From Eledone cirrhosa (Eukaryota): a DNA stretch of 64,000 nucleotides. The DNA lies in assembly GCA_964016885.1 (NCBI GenBank), contig OZ024741.1, positions 303,490,001 to 303,554,000 of the forward strand, given 5' to 3'. The notes beneath the pieces are model-generated. The model was not told where the DNA came from and did no database searches. It saw nothing but the letters and a program-made list of their open reading frames with translations. Both the position numbers and the translations under genes were made by a program. This document shows positions 45,728-59,184 of the stretch, piece by piece (position 1 is the first letter of the stretch; every line of letters begins with the position of its first letter).

Positions 45728-47105
45728 ACACGTACACACATAAACATATCTATACACACACACGAGAGCAACTAACAGCGCTGCGATCGAATGTGACTTT
45801 TTAGTCCAGCCAATGATCTAAAATGTCTTGCACAGAGTCGGCAACCAAAACATTCACTGGGAATAGCCGGCTGTGGTTGGAGTTCATGTACTTTTGCATG
45901 TCGTTTGAGCCCTCCTGCTGATTTACATTCTCTACCACATGCTTAGCAAGCATGATGAGTAGCATCTCCAACAGCAGCCTGGTAGTCAACCACTGGTCTT
46001 ACTTTATGACTCCGAAGATGACTTTCGAGTCCAGCTTTGCTTAGACAGTATCTCGCACAGACGCTGCATGTCAGCACCATAGGAGGACCTTCGCCGCATG
46101 GAAGTGCAACAGCAATGCCCTTCTTCACATCCCGCTTTACTTTCTCGTATGCGATTCGAGATGCCTCAAAGGCAACTTTTTCCTCATATACAGTCTTTCT
46201 CCATTTATTACGATCAGCAGCAATATTTTCCCATGTATCAGCAGAGATGTTAGCGTCTTTCAAAGAGGCTTTCAAGGAATCCTTATACCTCTTTTTTGGT
46301 TTATGTGGCGGTTGTTTTCCTTTAACTAACTCTCCATAAAAGAGTTGTTTGGTATTCTAGAATCCTTCATCCCGGCAAGGTGACCACTCCAACGGAGTCG
46401 TTGCTTAAGCACAATATCTTCTGTACTGTCACACATAGAGCTTTCCAAAATCTCGACATCACTGATGTGGTCCCTCCAGTGAACGCCATGGATCCGTCTG
46501 AGACACATCTGATGGAAACGCTCCAATTGCTTAAGGTGGTGTCGATATGTGACCCAGGTCTCGCAGGCATAAAGAAGAGAAGAGAGCACACATGCCTTGT
46601 ACACCTTTACCTTTGTCTTCTTGCATATGTCTCGCCGACCCCAGAGTCGCTTTTCTAGCTTTCCGAAAGCATCACTTGCTTTCCTAATCCTAAGTGAGAT
46701 TTCACTATCAAGGTTGCCGTAGCGATTGACAGTGCTTCCCAGGTAGACAAACTGATCAACCACTCCAAGTCGTTTGCCATACACATAGATATGTGGTTCA
46801 CTGTACTGCTTACCAGGGGCAGGTTGGTACATGACGACGGTTTTCTTGAGACTGACAGTCAATCCTAGAGCAGTTCAAACGTCAGAAAATGCATTCAAAA
46901 TGTGCTGCATATCACTCTCTGAGTGCGCTACAAGATCGCAATCATCTGCATACAAGAGGTCTCTTATGATTGATGTAAATACTTTTGTCTTTGCAGCAAA
47001 GCGCCTGATGTTAAATATGCTGCCTGAGGTTCGATATCGGATGGAAACACCATGCTCGCAATTCCTGAATGCAATACAGAAAACCATTGCAAAGTATATG
47101 GCAAA
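45433..47105 (-). mobile_element. 5'-truncated RTE-clade LINE: RT C-terminal half, C2H2 finger and 3' UTR (SINE head and microsatellite inserted at ~45475-45765)
   Basis: DLLYADDCDLVAH, FVYLGS, LLYACETW, RLRWSGH, CSVC..HLRSH. Confidence 0.9.
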
Positions 47106-47717
47106 CATGGTGGCTGCCAACTCGTTTTCGAGTACGGCCACTACTTTATATCCATGTAGGAGAACCCCTACCCATGCGCTGAACGAGTGTTACTTTTTAG
47201 TCCAGCCAGCGACTTGAAAACTCTGGTACAAACACTACACTTGTGACAATTATTGACACATAGTGCTGGGCCCATGGTACCATGTGACGACAAGTGCAGA
47301 GAGATCTCCAGATATAAAGCAATGCCTGTGCCATGAAGCTTTTATAGTGAGCAAAGGCACTGCACAAAGTCAGTCCGACTCTCTTAACCAAGATGATATT
47401 TACCAAAAAGAAGAACAAGTCAACATCATTGGTAACCACCAGGGTTGCAGGTGTTATATCAGAGTTTTCCTTCTCCTAGAATTCTGCCTTGACAAAGGCT
47501 AAGGGGTCATCTTTCCCGGTGATTTTGGATGGTCATTGCCTCTTAAGAGCTCCTTTGCCAGGTTTTGTTTTTAGGCCTGCAGGATGTCCAAAGTCACCCT
47601 CCTCACCAAGAAACCTTGGTGGGGTTGCTAGTTTAGTCGCCAACGACCCGACCATGAGACAGGTTGTACTGGGATTCATGTTACCAGTAGCACCAACTGG
47701 TGACCTGACATAATGGC
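47106..47717 (-). mobile_element. Non-autonomous RTE-derived element, near full length (~610 bp)
   Basis: RTE-type head, and a 3' end GGCAGCCACCATG like that of the LINE. Confidence 0.7.
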
Positions 47718-48184
47718 AAACATACATACATACATACATACGACCGTCAGCTTTATAAGTATAGATATGTGTGTGTGTTTGTGTATGTGTATGTGTGTTT
47801 CTGTATGTGTGTATGTGCATGTGTGTGTCTGTGTGTGTCTATGTGTTTTGTTTTGATGTTATTCGGCAATTGGCGAAATCAGGTGTGAAAGTATGTGTAT
47901 TTGTGTGTGTGTGTGTTTGTTTGTGTGTATGTGTGTGTGTTACTTATGCGAGCGACGACAGATGATTGAAGGGAGATACGGAAACTAAAACAGTGTTGTC
48001 ATATAGAGAGTGAAGAGCGACAGAGAGAGTAAAGCAGTTAAATTATAGAGAGGGGGAATGATCTATTATAGAGAGAGGGAAGAGCGACGGTAAGAGTAAA
48101 GCTAAGAAACTATAGGGAGGTGTGTAGGATACATACATAATACATACACATGACGCTCAGCTTTATAATATTATAGATATATAG

Positions 48185-48236
48185 GGCTTTCCTGATGATT
48201 TCTTTCGAATGAAACAGTTCTAGTCCTGTAGAAGCC
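48185..48236 (+). ncRNA. Type I hammerhead ribozyme, family A variant (element extends to ~48316)
   Basis: ggctttc-CTGATGA-tttc-tttc-gaat-GAAA-cag..ctg-TA-gaagcc. Helix I co-varies relative to the 5260 copy (gagattc/gaatctc). Confidence 0.8.
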
Positions 48237-48317
48237 ATTTCTATATTAAAAATATATACTCTACTATGTATTGAGTACCTTACTTACTGTGGTTACCTTC
48301 GATTGAACCCGGAATAC

Positions 48318-48421
<104 letters not shown>

Positions 48422-49471
48422 CTGTGTGCGTATGTGTGTGTGACTGTCTATGCACCTCAGTTTACCTCTCTCTGTGTGTGTGTGTGTGTGCGTGTGTGTG
48501 TGTTTATGTATGTGTGTGTGTATATGTGTGCATGTTTATGTATACGTGCCTCTGTATGTGTTTTTGTATGTATGTTTGCTTGTGTGTATGTGTGTGTGTT
48601 TATGTATAAGTGCCTCTGTGTGTGCGCGTGTGTGTTTATGTATGTGTGCGTGTGTATGTGTGTGTATGTTTATGTATACAGGCCTCTGTATGTGTTTTTT
48701 ATGTATGTGTGTGTGCGTATGTATGTTTATGCGAATTATGCGTGTATATATATGTATGTGTGCGTGTGTATGTATGTGTGTTCATATATAAGTTCTCCAG
48801 TGTGTTTTGTATGTATATGTGCGTATGTGTGTGTGTTTATGTATGTGCGCGTGTGTGTATGTTTATGTATATGTGCTTCTGTGTGTGTTTATGTATGTAT
48901 GTGTGTGTGTATGTGTATATGTGTTTTATGTATATGTGTGTATGTTTATGCACATCTGCCTCAGTGTGTGTTTTTGTGTGTATGTGTGCGTGTGTGTATG
49001 TGTGTGTGTGTTTATGTATAAGAGGCTCTGTGTGTGCTTATGTATGTGTACGTGTGTATATGTGAGTATATTTATATATAAGTGCCTCTGTGTGTGTTTT
49101 TTGTATGAATGTGTGCGTGTGCGTGTGTGTATGTGTGTGTATTTTTATGTATAAGTACTTCAGTGTGTGCTTTTTTATCTATGCAGGTGAGAGATTCTGT
49201 GCCTGTAGGTGTGTAATGGGGATCTATGTTTATGTACATGTGTGTGGACCTGGAAACAGATTTGTGATAAAACTGGTTTCAAATTTAGGCTCAAGGCCAG
49301 TAATTTCGGAGAGAACATTCGATTATATTGTATTTGATTGGTGCTTCATTTTATCGATCCCGGAAGAATGAATGATGAAAGTAACTTCGGTAGGATTTGA
49401 ACTTAATGCCGCAAAACATTTTGTCTGATGTGCCCAGTCAGTAGAAAACAAAACTGGAGAAGAGGTGTGTG

Positions 49472-49551
<80 letters not shown>

Positions 49552-50618
49552 AATATGTGTGTGAATGTGTGTGTATGAATATGTGTGTGTGAATGTGTGT
49601 GTATGAATATGTGTGTGTGTGTATGAATATGTGTGTGTGAATGTGTGTGTATGAATATATGTGTGTGTGTGTGTGTATGAATATGTGTGTGAATGTGTGT
49701 GTTTGAGTGATAAACTTAGGAAACTTAACAGAAAGGACAAGACAATGAACGAAAACAAAGCAAAACGAAAAATATTTTTTTAAGAACATTGAACTTTTTT
49801 TTTTTTAAATAAAATTACAGTCGATAGACACAGAACTCCAGGATCATCGGCCATTGAGGTGGACTTTGGTAGTTTCGACCCCTGTCAACGGTACCCGGGG
49901 TCACAGCGTCTAACATAAGCCAAACGCTGTCCAGGGGAGATATATATCAGGATAGAACCAGTTTGAAACTAGTTAGACCATTACTCAACAGAGTACTAGA
50001 TACTTGGGATAGTAGAGTATGGCTATATAATAAAGAGTCGGGACCCGACGGCAGAGCTCTTGCTTTTTCAACAGTTACTTCCGTACACTGTGTATGTGTG
50101 TAATTGAGAGAAAGAATTCCGGGTGAGTACATTAACTACTACGCTGGCCACCAGTACCCTCATTTTAGAAGAGTTTAAGCCTGTAGCTAAACATGTGAAC
50201 AAAGCGATTGATTTAGAAAGTATTGGGAACATTTTTTATAATAATAATAAATCACTATAAATAATAAGCCAAAATAGTTTTATGACTATACACCCAAAGT
50301 GTATAGTCATAAAAACACTGATTACGGTATGGTTGGACATAGCTGAAAATTCAGTGATGCATTTGTGGTCCTTATCTCCAAGTGATGAACTAAACCACGA
50401 ATGTTTTCTCCATGTAACGTATTCCATATTATAGAGTAGAATAGGGTGTGTTTAGGTATGCGGGAGTGTTTTCTTAAGGTTCATAGAGCGTTATGATGCA
50501 ATGTTTTTTGTTGAATGCAACCTACCCTAAGTAATCTTGTAGCTCACTGCAATGGATTAGTATTTTTGTGTTAGATTATCTATTTTCCAAATATGTATGT
50601 ATGTAATATATAAGTATG

Positions 50619-50987
50619 TTCTTCTGGTTTTATAATTTTAGTTACTAACATATCCCAGAGCCCCAATAATCACAAATCTGAAGGTATAGTCAGTGTGGAG
50701 TATCTGCAGATTTCTCATTAGTTCTGCATAGATATTCTCCTTGTCGCTAGTCTTTAATATTATATTGGCATCTGCTGGGCAGCTAGCTTCCCCTACTGTG
50801 CATGCTTTCTTTTCCCTGTCCCATATCATTATATCTGGTCTGTTATGCTTCCATTTTATTAGGGTTTTGACTGGAACATTCCATCAGTACTCTTTCATAT
50901 CATATGTCACCCACATTGCTGTAACTTAATGTGTTTATTGTTGGGGCTATCTTTTCAACGGATTGCATTGTATAGTGTTTTGGCCAC
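50619..50987 (-). mobile_element. Second, internally deleted copy of the R4/Dong-like element
   Basis: IWDREKKACTV...GALGYVSN is joined directly to the same 3' end ATAAAACCAGAAGAA|CATAC. Confidence 0.85.
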
Positions 50988-52067
50988 ACATACATACATA
51001 CGTACGTACGTACGTATGTATGTATGCATGCACGCACGGACGGATGGACTCGTAAGTCCTGATGGAGTTGTAGGGGAGCCGTCTGGACATACGACGGGTC
51101 ATGGTCACTTTAAACCTGGTGGGGCCCATCCCCACTTTATGTCTGAATACAACCGATTTCTTCCAGAGAAGAAGAGAAAGAGTGAGAGAGAGAAGTGAGA
51201 AAGAAATATGAAGGAAGATTCAACCACAGTATTGGGCTGATATTTTTTTTATCGACCTCGAGGCGATAAATAGCAAGCATGATCTTGTGTGGGTGAGAGA
51301 TAACTTCTCTTGTGAAAATGAGTATAGCTTTCATTATGTAAAATCTCCCCATTTTGCCTCATTTCTCCCCGATTTAGGGCACTTTTTTTTTCATTGTACT
51401 CCTCGTTCGGTTTTTGGCAGTGTTGGAACGCTATATATATATATATATATATCATGCTGGTGATTGCCATTCTAATTTGGATGATGCTTATATTTTTGAC
51501 GACGTAATTAGATAAATGGTTAATATTTATGCTAGAAGACTGTGTTTATTTGAAATTTGAGGGTAAATGTAAAGTTGATATAATTACCATTTATGAAGGT
51601 GAAGCGTAAGAACTTGCAAATAATCATGGCTGTTTTAAGCAGTTTATGGTATAATTCCAAAAAAATCTGAAAAATAATTAACTCCTTCCACCAAAACATA
51701 CAGTCATAAATCACTTATTGTAGCTTTTATCATATATACTAGAACTGAAAAATGGTTGAGATGTTCGCTTCGCAATCATGAAGTCCTGGGTTCTATCCCG
51801 CTGCATGGTATTCCGGATATTCCGGACAAATGTCATTTACCATAACCTCGAGTCGACTCATGCTTTGTGAGGGAAATTGGATAGATGGAAACTGTTTGAA
51901 AGCCCGTCGGATGGACTTTATCTGTTATTCGACTGGCTAGCCTTGTCACGCACTGCGTCGCGCTGAATCTCCCTACAATTACGTCAAGAGTACACGTCTT
52001 TGTGAAATGATCAGCCACTTACACGTTAATTTCATCAACAGTTCTTTTTTTTATCGAACAATTTTTA

Positions 52068-52229
52068 TACTCTCGGGTCCCGAATAATGTAAACTATGTA
52101 AACTAAACGACTAATTCTGTTTTTTGTTTTTTTTAATCAACGGAAACAACCTAGAAGAATTACCGATTTTCCAAAGTCCCCTTTTCACGCTTATCCCCCC
52201 CCCCCCCTATTATTTGGGATCCGAGAGTA
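52068..52229. mobile_element. TA-flanked MITE (Tc1/mariner superfamily-like); related partial copy at ~56093-56390
   Basis: TIRs TACTCTCGGGTCCCGAATA / TATTTGGGATCCGAGAGTA. Confidence 0.65.
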
Positions 52230-53705
52230 CACATCGTGAAAAGCGGCTTACGCCCATTTCTTTCTTTCTACCTTTATATATAACTTGCCATTTTTTTGCA
52301 GATGTGAACACTGAATTTTTCCCCATTCCAATGCTGTCAGTATTTTCAATGTTGTGGAATTTTTCTCGCATGTTATAAGTTGCAATATTTCCAGAAAAAT
52401 ATAAACTTCCACATAACAGAACATTAGAAAATAAATTATTATAGAGTCGACTACTTTAAAAATACATAATTTTTCGACATATATCATATGTGAAAATGAA
52501 TATTTTCACTTCACCATTGTTGTGATATTATTTTTAACTCTTTGTGTTAATATAGCAAGTCAAAAAATGTTCCAAAGTATCATGAACAAATATATTATTG
52601 AAAACATTCTGAATCTTTACCAATACATAATATTGATTTTTAATTTAGGCACAGGGCCAGCAATTTCAAGAAATGGGGGGGGGGGGGTCGATTAAATCGA
52701 TCCCAGTATTCGTTCTTTATTTTATCGACCCCAGAAAGGAAGAAAAACAAATTTGACCTCGGTGGAATTTGAATTCACAACGTAAAAAACCGTAACTAAA
52801 TGCTTCAAAGCACCGGTGCTCTAATGATTCTGCCAATCTACCGCCCCTTTCTAATTCATAATACTAAACTCTTGTCATACGACAGAAGCGTTAGAGCGTG
52901 TACGAAAGAACATTGCGCTCTCAACACTATACGTCATTCAGAATATAAAAAAATACCGAAAATGATCATTCTAATTTCTATATTGGCCACATAAATGGTA
53001 TGGTATGGTTTGGTTTGATATGGTCCCGTAACTCCTGCGGGAGTCATGGGATCTTCTTATTGACACACGGCGTTTCTAGGGTATTTTTTAACCTGACGGA
53101 GCCCATCTCCTGCCCAGGCCTGAATACACCAGATTTCTTCCAGAATGATAGAGAGGGTGAGATAATGGAAGTGAGAAAGGGATATAGACTGGTACTTTTT
53201 TTTATCGACCTTGAATGGATGAAAGGCGAAGTTGACCTTGGTGGGATTTGAACTCAGAGAGCAGAGAGCCGAAACGAACACCGCAAAAAACAAGCATTCT
53301 ATCCGACATTCTAACGACTCTGCCAATTCTCCGCCTAGTCATAAAAATGTTTCTATTAAAACACAGCGTATATTAGAAGAATATATTTAAGGTAGATATA
53401 GCTAACGTTTATGAATTAAAAGCTTTAGCTGTGAAGAATATGAACTGCGAAGTATAAACACTTTCAATTATTCTTATGCATAGAGATATCCATAAGAGAT
53501 TATTCTTACGGCTATATTTCATCGCTTCTTGTGGCCTTATCTGAGAGTAACTGCCTCTATGATTCAAAGTACATAAGAAGATTATCATACCGAATAATAC
53601 AAAATGCAAAGAATGGTTACTCTAATTTGCACGACGACAATACGTTTGGTGAACTAATTAGCTAAATAATAAATATTTATGCTAGAGACAAGCGTGTATA
53701 TGAAC

Positions 53706-53744
<39 letters not shown>

Positions 53745-53820
53745 GTGTGTGTGTGTGTGTGTGTGTGTGTACATATACATATATATGTGTGTGTGTATAC
53801 TTATGTATATATGTATATAT

Positions 53821-53886
<66 letters not shown>

Positions 53887-53930
53887 TTATATATATATAT
53901 ATATGTATGTATGTATGTGTATGTATGTGT

Positions 53931-54100
53931 GTGCGTGCATGGTTTTTCGAAGTGGATCGACAAAAACAGTTACGTAGAGAAGGTACAAATTGAAGTAAAT
54001 TGATATTTATATAAATTTATCAATTCATAAATTTACTTCAATTTGTACCTTCTCTACGTAACTGTTTTTGTCGATCCACTTCGAAAAACCATGCACGCAC
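53931..54100. repeat. Inverted repeat (~70-bp arms) with mirror-image flanking microsatellites
   Basis: GTGCGTGCATGGTTTTTCGAAG...GAAGTAAAT followed by its reverse complement. Confidence 0.85.
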
Positions 54101-54806
54101 ACACATACATACATATATATATATATATATAAATATATATATATGTGTGTCTGTGTGTGTGTATGTATGTATATATATACATATATACATATATACATAT
54201 ATACACAGCCCAAAACTCAGATACTTTACATAGACATGTATGCATATATACTACATACATTGATATTCTTATTCAATTACAGTTGAAATATGACACAACA
54301 AACCACAACAAACTGCATAAATTCATAAATATATAGCGCTTGTTAAGTAAGAATTGCATGCAATATGGTTGAACAAGCAAAATAAACTTCAGAAAATAAA
54401 ATAACCACAATCTGCATGTAGGCAGGCAGAGGCATATCGTGACATGCATTTACTTGTACATAACACATGCATTGACATGCACACAAACACAATATATACG
54501 CATGCCTAGCAGCATCAGTCCCAGCCACAGACACACGCACATCTTGAATTTCAACTGCGCCTTACGTTCTGTCGCGAGCATACCCGCCTCAAGAAAACGG
54601 CGCTTCTCTCCACCCCTTTAGGCTGAGTTCACGTGTAGCCAAGCCCCAAACCTCATGATTCAAAGCCCCGAGCTTTAAACTTTTCAACTCATTATGCTCT
54701 GTACTATAAAAAAACGATCGGGTTTGACCAGCCCCGTGATGTAATTCGTACTGACAGCTCGACAGAGTATACTTACCCGGGCGTTGTATTTTTTAATCTT
54801 GAAATA

Positions 54807-54874
<68 letters not shown>

Positions 54875-54927
54875 TATATTTATTTCTAACATGCATATAT
54901 TTACATACAATCACATATATGTATATG

Positions 54928-54959
<32 letters not shown>

Positions 54960-55079
54960 ATTGTGTGTCTGTGTGTGTGTACATAATATATGTGTGCGCG
55001 ATTGTGTGTGTATTTGTACGTGTACACACATGTATAAACATGTGTATATATTACGGATATATTTATTTTATATATATAT

Positions 55080-55147
<68 letters not shown>

Positions 55148-55192
55148 TGTTATTATATTGCCAGAAATACATAATATATATACATACATATA

Positions 55193-55242
<50 letters not shown>

Positions 55243-55573
55243 GCATACATGTAATATATGTATATATGTGAATATATATATATACACACACACACACATC
55301 TATATACATATATATACACATATATATATAAAATAGTTTGTTTGAAGCATTGTGGAATAAGAAACACAAATTTAAGTAGGAAATAAGTTTAATTATTATA
55401 AGTATTATTATTTGGAATCCCGACTACCACTAAAAGCTACCGAATATACAGGAATAGACTGAAGTCGCGAAAAGGGAACAAGCTAAAGCACCGCAAATAT
55501 TCGATATTCGATCTGATATCCAAAAGCTTCGATGACAAAGTGCAATATCCTCGGGCTGTCGGATCGAATTTCA

Positions 55574-55803
55574 TACGAGGGTGGACTGAAAATTTCATAG
55601 GCTGACTTCGAAGGAGTGATGCTAGAGCTGTGAAATCTTGCATGCATTAATTTCAAATTTTCTTATTAATAAATGCATTGTTTCTTTCCAGGGGCTATGT
55701 TAAAAAATAAACCTCATTTTCTCAATCCATTTGAGTATATTGGTCAGCCAAGATACTCTCATGGAATGAACACATAAGGTATATTTTTCAGCCGACCCTT
55801 ATA
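55574..55803. mobile_element. Mariner-derived MITE
   Basis: TACGAGGGTGGACTGAAAA.. at the left and degenerate ..TTTTCAGCCGACCCTTATA at the right. Confidence 0.6.
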
Positions 55804-56822
55804 CAATAAACCATGATTTATTAGAGTACACACATAGTGTGTCTGTCATAGGAGACAACATGATACGTTTAGAACACTGGATTTATAGATCGTTGCTAAA
55901 ACTGATCTCTGAATGGTGAACCTCACAGATTAAATGATATTTGAACACTACAACTGGTAGATGCTTATATTGGAGGAGACTTATCTAATATATAGAAAAA
56001 CTGACGCAAAAAATGATGATTAAGTAAACTCCTAATTATTGACACTCAAGATATTGCTTTGCTTTACAAGAAGAATTAAAGGGACGAACACTTACTCTCG
56101 GGATTCGAATAATGCCCCCTCCTCCTCCCGCTTATTAATTTTTCAGATTTCTTTCCATCACCCTCGCTCTTATTCTACCCCTCTTCCCTCCCCGCTTATT
56201 AAATTTTGTTAATCTATCTCCGGCGAAATTTTATTTTAAGTGGTAGCATTCCGGCGACAATTAACTTTCTTTAGACATTATACATGACAATAAAAGTGCA
56301 TTACTATAAATCCCATACATTATAAAATAAAAAGGATTGGGGTAAACTAAACGACTAATTCTGGTTTTTAATAAAATCAACGGAGACAAAATCCCTCCCA
56401 TGCATCCCCATCGTGGCACTGGTTCCACCAAATGGGGTCGGGTGTGAAAGTGAGAGCTCGGTGCTGTAACTGATGCAATACTTGGATTGCACTATCCTAA
56501 AGTGCATATACGTGCGGCGGGGCACCACTTGTGAAACCAATCGCCCGAAGAAACTCCACAGAATTGAACTTACACCGAGTGAACGCCGCCACAAGTACAA
56601 CCCACCACATTGAGGCAGTGTAGTTACAAGTCGAATGTAACAGAAGCATAGTATGTAGCCTTTACCATTTTATCATATTATTTGTAGGTAAACACACATT
56701 ATTTGTCATCGTGTTGACCTGGGGCTAAATAACAGCCACAATAATGACATTACTACTAATATTACTAAAACAATCACCACTGCGTATTACATCAGTAACC
56801 TTTATATAGCTGGGGACCTCCC

Positions 56823-56895
56823 AGTCAGTCATACTTGAATAAACTGATCTATGGTACTACGTACCATAGATCAGTTTATTCAAGTATGACTGACT
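56823..56895. repeat. Perfect 35-bp hairpin with 3-nt loop
   Basis: AGTCAGTCATACTTGAATAAACTGATCTATGGTAC-TAC-reverse complement. Confidence 0.9.
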
Positions 56896-57017
56896 AGTGT
56901 TGTACAATAACGACAACTACACTAGTAGACAAAAACTTCTTAACATGCAGCACATTAATAGAAACCGCAGCAACAACAGCAATCTGGCAGTAATTGTTTA
57001 CTTTCATCACCACGAAG

Positions 57018-57191
57018 CAGTGCCGGATTTGACATTGTGTTAGGTGTGCTTAAGCACAGAGCCCCGTTGGCCAGTAAAAAAAGAGGGTTGCATCTTCCTG
57101 CCAAAAATGTTTTTTACCTCTTTCAGGGCCCAAGTAAGGGGCCTCGTAACTTAACTAGCACAGGGCCTCATTTATCCTAAATCCGACACTG
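57018..57191. mobile_element. hAT MITE
   Basis: TIRs CAGTGCCGGATTT / AAATCCGACACTG. 8-bp TSD CCACGAAG / CCACGATG. Confidence 0.75.
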
Positions 57192-57339
57192 CCACGATGT
57201 GTCAGTTAAAAAGACAACGCCTGCAAAAAGAAAACACCTCTGTGATCGCTTAATCGATTAAGGCTAACCTAGGAGTAAACAACAATACGATACATGATTG
57301 GAATAGCATCTTGAATAGACATGCATAGTGATTGTGTGG

Positions 57340-57534
57340 CAGACCTGTCAACTCTTCTCATCCGACGGGGAGATCTCCCACCCATTTGGGGGTGGGTGAG
57401 AGATGTCTTCTCTTGTGAAAATGGGTATAGCTTTTATTAAGTAACATCTCCCCATTTTGCTTCATTTCTCCTCGTTCTGGAGCACTTTTTTTCATGGTAC
57501 TTTTTGTTGGGGTTTTCAGAGGTTGGCAGGTCTG
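57340..57534. mobile_element. MITE with 6-bp TSD (partial copy at ~51283-51425)
   Basis: TIRs CAGACCTGTCAAC / GTTGGCAGGTCTG, flanked by GTGTGG on both sides. Confidence 0.7.
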
Positions 57535-58001
57535 GTGTGGGATTAGCTGACAGGAGAGTTAATGAAATGGTACCTCAAGCCTGCTCGGAGGTGCAGCAAC
57601 TGTTTGATAAATTTCCCCTACATTTTGCGAATGTACTAATACAAACTGTGAAGAACACCTGCTCGTTATCTAAATCAAAATTTTGTAATGTTTTTTTTGT
57701 TAGGTTAGCCGATAAAATTAGCTTAAGTTGATCATTGTTTTGAATTTTCTACACGGACCACAATTATCACCCCCTCCATCTCTCTTTATATATATTTTTT
57801 TTTTTTTCCTGGGTCGGTTTTTATCGTTGTTCTGGTCCTAGCGGCTCGCTTATCGGTCGCTGTCTTCAATTTGCATAGCTGTCTAAACGTAATGTTATAA
57901 CTCTAAGGTAAAATTCCTTATTGAGTACTTTAGCTGCACTTTCCGACTGCATTCGTTAGCTTGTCTGCAACCAGGGCTTCGATTATGCTGTACTTCCTTC
58001 T

Positions 58002-58081
<80 letters not shown>

Positions 58082-58153
58082 TAACAGATTAAAGTTTATA
58101 TATATTTATCCTTATCGAGCCCTCTTTGGATTTTAGTCTTCACATTTATTATT

Positions 58154-58188
<35 letters not shown>

Positions 58189-58225
58189 CATTCTTTCTCC
58201 CTCTCTTTCTCTCTCTCTCTCTCTA

Positions 58226-58294
<69 letters not shown>

Positions 58295-58629
58295 CTCTCT
58301 CTCTCTCTCTCTCTTCCTGGAACGACTTTGATCATAGGTCTTCTCAATCACGGTGCGCCTGTGGCTAAACAGCAACAATAGTAGCAACATGAACTGCACT
58401 ATCACTTCCTTAACTATCAACAAGAAAGACCAGCTGCAGCAATATAACAATACCTTCTCCAACAGCCACCAGCAGCACCAATCCAATGACCATCATCATT
58501 AGTAATATCAGCAACATCTAACAAAACAACTCAAGTCGTCACTTGTTAACCTCACACATACACCCAGCTACGTTATGTATATATAAATGCATATGATTTA
58601 TATATATATATATACCAATATATATATAT

Positions 58630-58683
<54 letters not shown>

Positions 58684-58703
58684 TTGTATATATATATATA
58701 TAT

Positions 58704-58905
<202 letters not shown>

Positions 58906-59045
58906 TATATGCAGGTACTCCAGAATATACATGTGGACATAACAAAAAACAGAAATACAAACACATTCACACACCTAACGTGTATATACGTGTATCTGTA
59001 TGTATGTATGTATGTATGTATGTATGTATGTATGTATGTATGTAT

Positions 59046-59123
<78 letters not shown>

Positions 59124-59184
59124 ATGCAGGTACTCCAAACCTAACATACAGACATAAAAAATTGGAATAGAAATCTTGGCATGT

